This document shows positions 60,187-64,000 of a stretch of 64,000 nt of DNA, one piece after another (position 1 is the first letter of the stretch; every line of letters begins with the position of its first letter). The stretch comes from a virus. Lineage: Duplodnaviria > Caudoviricetes. A program made the position numbers and the translations under genes. Location: IMG/VR virus record IMGVR_UViG_3300049794_000047. One strand, given 5' to 3'. The notes under the pieces are model-generated. The model was not told where the DNA came from. It was given only the letters and a program-made list of their open reading frames with translations, and searched no databases.

Positions 60187-61422
60187 ATGATCAATCGCCT
60201 CGGACTCTACCGACCCCTCCGCCTCCCGCTGCCGATGTCGAACGGGTTTAACATCCTGCCGACGCAGACGGCACAGATCACCGTCCATCCACAGACGAGC
60301 AAGTTCTACCCGGAGCGCCTCCTGATCAAGGAGGCCGCTCACTGGAAGATCGACGCGATCCGCGTCGGGGATCGAGACAGTGCCCTCGTCCAGAATCTCC
60401 CAGGGTCGATGTTCGCGCACGACGCACCGGGGCGCTTCCCGGGTTGCGGCGAGATCGAGATCCCGCCCGGCGGAAAGTTGATCGTCCAGACGACGTACAT
60501 CGGCCCTCGCGCGACCGGGATCCCTTTCGAGGCGTGCGTGTTCGGATCCGACGATCAGACGCCGCTGCCGGTCGTGTCGACCGCTCGTCGGGGCACGGAA
60601 AAGAAGATCGCGACGGCGAGGAGCGAACGCGCGATACCTCCCAACATGTCGGTGAAGCTGCCCACGCATCCGATAAAGCACGACGCGTGGCCGAGCCGAC
60701 TCGTGATTAAGGGTGCTTCTGACTGGGTCGTCAATGACGTCTGTGTAGGCGAGGTGTCGATCTTCGCACAGTCGGGGGATGTCCCAGGGAGCATGTTCTC
60801 CGAGGACGCCGAGTCCGAGTCCGCGATCTGTCTGGGGCGTCTGGCCGCCGGGGACAAGTTCTCGGTCGTCGCGACGTACGTCGGGACCGCGTCCGACGCT
60901 GAGTTCGTGTACGAACTCTACGGGACCCTCGCTGAATCCGAGGCTGCCGACCTTCCAATCGCAGTGATCTTGCCGATGACTACGGGGGTGAACATCCCGA
61001 CGAATACGTTGGCGCAGCTGACGGGCCGATGCGAGATCGGTCCCCGCCGGGGCTTCGTGGCCGAGCGAATTGTCGTCGAGGGCGCGGCTGACTGGGTCTT
61101 CAACGACATCCAGATTGGACGAGCCTCGCAGTTCGCAGAATCCGGGGACGTCCCTGGCCTGGCATTCAGTCCCGGGACCCTGGGAGGCCAGGTGTCGTTC
61201 GACGTCGCACGGCCCAGGATCAACGTCGTCATCAAAACGACGTATATCGGACCTCGCGAGAGCGGGGATTCCTTCGTCTGCGGGATCCTGGGCAGCATCG
61301 TCGACCTGACCGAGGCCGATCCGCCGCTCCCACGCGGCCGGATCCTGTTGGTCCGCGATCTTCGAGGCGCGACTGGCCGCGAGGTCAACGCCAGATGCCG
61401 GCCGGTGCAGGACCACGAATAG
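60187..61422 (+). CDS. Hypothetical protein with three beta-rich ~125-aa repeats
   Basis: (P/A).R(L/I).(I/V)..A..W......(V/I)G......PG..F...TY(I/V)G occurs three times. Confidence 0.75.
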   Translation: MINRLGLYRPLRLPLPMSNGFNILPTQTAQITVHPQTSKFYPERLLIKEAAHWKIDAIRVGDRDSALVQNLPGSMFAHDAPGRFPGCGEIEIPPGGKLIVQTTYIGPRATGIPFEACVFGSDDQTPLPVVSTARRGTEKKIATARSERAIPPNMSVKLPTHPIKHDAWPSRLVIKGASDWVVNDVCVGEVSIFAQSGDVPGSMFSEDAESESAICLGRLAAGDKFSVVATYVGTASDAEFVYELYGTLAESEAADLPIAVILPMTTGVNIPTNTLAQLTGRCEIGPRRGFVAERIVVEGAADWVFNDIQIGRASQFAESGDVPGLAFSPGTLGGQVSFDVARPRINVVIKTTYIGPRESGDSFVCGILGSIVDLTEADPPLPRGRILLVRDLRGATGREVNARCRPVQDHE

Positions 61423-61424
61423 CA

Positions 61425-61910
61425 ATGGTCAAGACGACTAAGAAGACGCCCCTCAGCGCGGCGCGTCCGCCCTCATGGATCCATCTCATCTGGACCGTGG
61501 GTGACACCGCGCGGCGGCAGGTTCTTCGGTGGCGCTACCAACTGACGTGGGGTCCCGAGGGCGCTCCGCGGTTCCAGATCTCCGACGACCTCCAGGCAGA
61601 CCTGGGCCGAGGTGCACGAGTCGATGACCTCTACGCAGCGCTTTCGACACAGGCCGCGGCGCATCTGAGGGGCGCCGCGTACGACCTGCGCGGGAGCGCT
61701 CCCTGCGTTTGGGAGCTTCGACCCGGTCCCAGGCCGCGGTATGGAGCGCGGACCAAGCCTCGCACGCTGCGCGCGACCGACGAGCAGGTCGCGCGCTGGA
61801 CCGCTGCTGCTGGAGACCGGCCGTGGAGCAGTTGGGCCGTCGACCAACTCGATATAGTCGCTCAAACACGTCCCGTACTGCGCAGGCATCGTCGCCACGC
61901 TCAGGGGTGA
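61425..61910 (+). CDS. Hypothetical protein with C-terminal RHH-like segment
   Basis: RTLRATDEQVARWTAAAG...WSSWAVDQLD. Confidence 0.5.
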   Translation: MVKTTKKTPLSAARPPSWIHLIWTVGDTARRQVLRWRYQLTWGPEGAPRFQISDDLQADLGRGARVDDLYAALSTQAAAHLRGAAYDLRGSAPCVWELRPGPRPRYGARTKPRTLRATDEQVARWTAAAGDRPWSSWAVDQLDIVAQTRPVLRRHRRHAQG

Positions 61911-61914
61911 TGCC

Positions 61915-62697
61915 TTGGCAACGAGGTGCGTCTTTCTGCCGCTGTCGAGCTACGTCGACGTCCGCCGAGCGACGCGGACCGAAGTCTTCGGATGGACGCA
62001 CCGACCGGACGAGATGGCTGTCGTCCCCTGGTCGGGTCGTGCGACGCAGATCGAAGAGGTCGAGTGTATCGAGATCATCGACCTGGTCGTCCAGGACGCG
62101 GCCGACTGGATCGTCTCCGGCTTCCTGATCGACGGGGCGTCTCGGCACATCGACCCGGGCGTCATCGAGGCGTTCGCGGCGCGCCTGCGCTCGCGCGCCG
62201 AGGCTCGCGGACCGATTCGTGTCCCGCGGCACGGCCAGGTGGGGCTGTCCGGCGTCGTATACGCCGGGCGACGGGCATCTGCGAAGTTCTACAGCTGCGC
62301 GCTCGGCCGCGTCGTCGACACCCAGGGGTCCGCGAGCCCGTTTGCCGCGTGGGACGGCGACAAGGTGACACTCCCCGTGGACAGCGAGGGTTGGCGGGGA
62401 CGACGCGGCGCGGGTGTGTCCCTCACCCATCATGTCACCGGGGCGCCTGTCCTCGTCCGATCGCTCGTCATCCAGGACCCGCACGACTGGATCGTCAACG
62501 ACCTCCGGATTGACGGCCGGTCCCAGCTGCTCTACCCGGGAGACCTCCCCAGCGAGGCCCTCCAAGCACCGGAACGCCTGGGCATGCACCTGGACGTCGC
62601 GCACCGAGAGGTCGAGATCCTGGTCAGCTACGATGGCGAGCAAGAGCTTGGACCGGAACTCAGGTGCGCACTTGTCGGCTGCCCCCTGAACAACTAG
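61915..62697 (+). CDS. Paralog of 60187-61422 with two degenerate repeats
   Basis: LVVQDAADWIV and LVIQDPHDWIVNDLRIDGRSQL..GDLP. Confidence 0.7.
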   Translation: MATRCVFLPLSSYVDVRRATRTEVFGWTHRPDEMAVVPWSGRATQIEEVECIEIIDLVVQDAADWIVSGFLIDGASRHIDPGVIEAFAARLRSRAEARGPIRVPRHGQVGLSGVVYAGRRASAKFYSCALGRVVDTQGSASPFAAWDGDKVTLPVDSEGWRGRRGAGVSLTHHVTGAPVLVRSLVIQDPHDWIVNDLRIDGRSQLLYPGDLPSEALQAPERLGMHLDVAHREVEILVSYDGEQELGPELRCALVGCPLNN

Positions 62698-63172
62698 GGG
62701 CTTGGGGGCCTGGGACCTTCATGCCCTCAAGCAGATCGCAGGGCGGATCGGAATCCTGCGGTGGAAGCGTCTGAACGGTGACGAGGGAGCGCGGCTCGAA
62801 GCGCAACTCGACGGGAGTGCCACCGCTGCCGATGTAGCCATTCACACGCTCGGCGACGCCCAGAAGAGCGCCCGCGCGACGGAGCCGCGCCATGAAGGGC
62901 TCCTCGCTCGTGTACTCGGACCGGCGGTGGAGCTGGTACCCGTACCCCTGGCAGATCTGCCGGACGCGCTCGACGGAGAGGTCAGCCGCGCGCCCGATCT
63001 CCGCGTAGCTCGCGCCCGCCTCACGGAGCATCCAGAACATCGCCGCCCGGCGCCGCGCGTCCGCCGCACTCCGCTCCCTGGCGCGCTCCGCCGCGCGGCG
63101 TTCCCTGGCCCGCGCCGCTCTCCTGGCCTTCGTCTTCATCGACGCGCTACCTCGCGATCCCTGGGCTCTCAA
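62660..63172 (-). CDS. Sigma70 region 4-like HTH protein
   Basis: LREAGASYAEIGRAADLSVERVRQI. Confidence 0.6.
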   Translation of the reverse strand: MRAQGSRGSASMKTKARRAARARERRAAERARERSAADARRRAAMFWMLREAGASYAEIGRAADLSVERVRQICQGYGYQLHRRSEYTSEEPFMARLRRAGALLGVAERVNGYIGSGGTPVELRFEPRSLVTVQTLPPQDSDPPCDLLEGMKVPGPQAPSCSGGSRQVRT

Positions 63173-63653
63173 GCCGAAAAATATTCAGAAAGCGGCGGCT
63201 GCCTGAATAACAATTCGCGGCAAACTGTGAAAAATCTCCAAAGCCGCGGACGACCGTCGCTGTCCGATCCGTCGGGATCTGCTCCGCTCCTAGGGTTGCC
63301 CGCGCCAGGCAGATCCCCGCCATTCCTCCGGCCTCCCCGAAGACCCGGTCGTGGCCGGCTATCTTGTGCCGGAGGAAGTGGAGCACGTGACGCGCGGAGT
63401 CCCGCTCGCGGATCAGTTGCAAGATCGCAAACGGGTGTGCCGCGACGATGTAGTCGAGCACGTCGGGCGCCGCTTGCAGGTCGGGGTGCCCGTCAGGCCG
63501 CTGTGTGACCGCACACAGGACGTCGCCGTCACCGCGATCTGTGCCGATGCGCCGGAACGAGTTGGAGGTCTGGATGCTCCACGGACGACGCAGGTTTCCC
63601 CGGGTGACGGAGAGCGCGAGCGCGCGGAGCTTCTCGGAGGGGTCGATCGTCAT
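63147..63653 (-). CDS. Phage hypothetical protein (Ead/Ea22-like)
   Basis: KLRALA...PW...SNSFRRIG...DGHPDL...YI.AA.P..IL.LI. Confidence 0.55.
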   Translation of the reverse strand: MTIDPSEKLRALALSVTRGNLRRPWSIQTSNSFRRIGTDRGDGDVLCAVTQRPDGHPDLQAAPDVLDYIVAAHPFAILQLIRERDSARHVLHFLRHKIAGHDRVFGEAGGMAGICLARATLGAEQIPTDRTATVVRGFGDFSQFAANCYSGSRRFLNIFRLESPGIAR

Positions 63654-64000
63654 CTTGTTTCTTTTCTTCTGGGTTTTTCTCGAGTTACCGGGGACAGATA
63701 GGTCCTCGACCCTCCTCGACCTGTCGACCAGTGCGGATCGTCGTCTGAGATCTGGAACTCCAGTCCCGCCTCATCTTGACTCGATGCTGTTTCTTGATCT
63801 GGGTTCTCCTGCATGTTCGTCTCCTTAGGTTTCAGCTTTTCAGTTCACGACCCACGAGTTACCGACGAGCTCTCCCTGATCCAGGAGTCCGTCCTTGGGT
63901 TTGACGACGGATCCCGGAGAGCGGCTCCACGCCACGGCCTGGATCAGCGACCTGCTGTACTGCATGTCGACGTTGAAAGACACTCCGGACTTCAGGATGA

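Noticed and set aside
60169-61425. Long antisense or alternative-frame ORFs (also 24581-25723, 61486-62643)
   Set aside because: Shadows of real genes in GC-rich DNA, with no recognisable motifs.
1-64000. tRNA, rRNA, reverse transcriptase/DGR, integrase and virion genes
   Set aside because: None recognised by eye. tRNAscan-SE and HMM searches were not run, so weak cases could be missed.

Overview
A GC-rich, densely packed, phage-like region: mostly small co-oriented hypothetical ORFs with overlapping stop/start codons. I found no rRNA, tRNA, CRISPR array, terminase or recognisable virion genes. It reads as the early/accessory part of a large phage or related mobile replicon; a Myxococcota-like host is inferred from the kinase and the RiPP leader style. 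Recognisable genes: DUF5131 (Gp37/Gp68), two nucleotidyltransferase-like proteins, an aGPT-Pplase1-like plus Mom-like DNA-modification pair, a ParB-like protein, a LuxR HTH, two TnpB, an RNA-repair cluster (Rnl2-like, Rnl1-like, HAD, RNase H-like), RuvB, a Ser/Thr kinase, a SNF2 helicase and a broken DDE transposase. The most unusual signals are: (1) both tnpB genes sit in compact elements with ~23-bp terminal inverted repeats and 8-bp target duplications, hallmarks of DDE rather than IS200/IS605 transposition; (2) about ten intergenic sites carry GGGT-N8-ACCC boxes, often paired around a stem whose fold is kept while its sequence varies; (3) a seven-copy 86-bp MITE family with TTA/TAA duplications, twice inserted into the TnpB-element end sequence; (4) a membrane-anchored RuvA C-terminal domain near an orphan RuvB; (5) an orphan lanthipeptide-like precursor; (6) pervasive short tandem duplications. 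All calls are from reading the sequence by eye; no searches were run.
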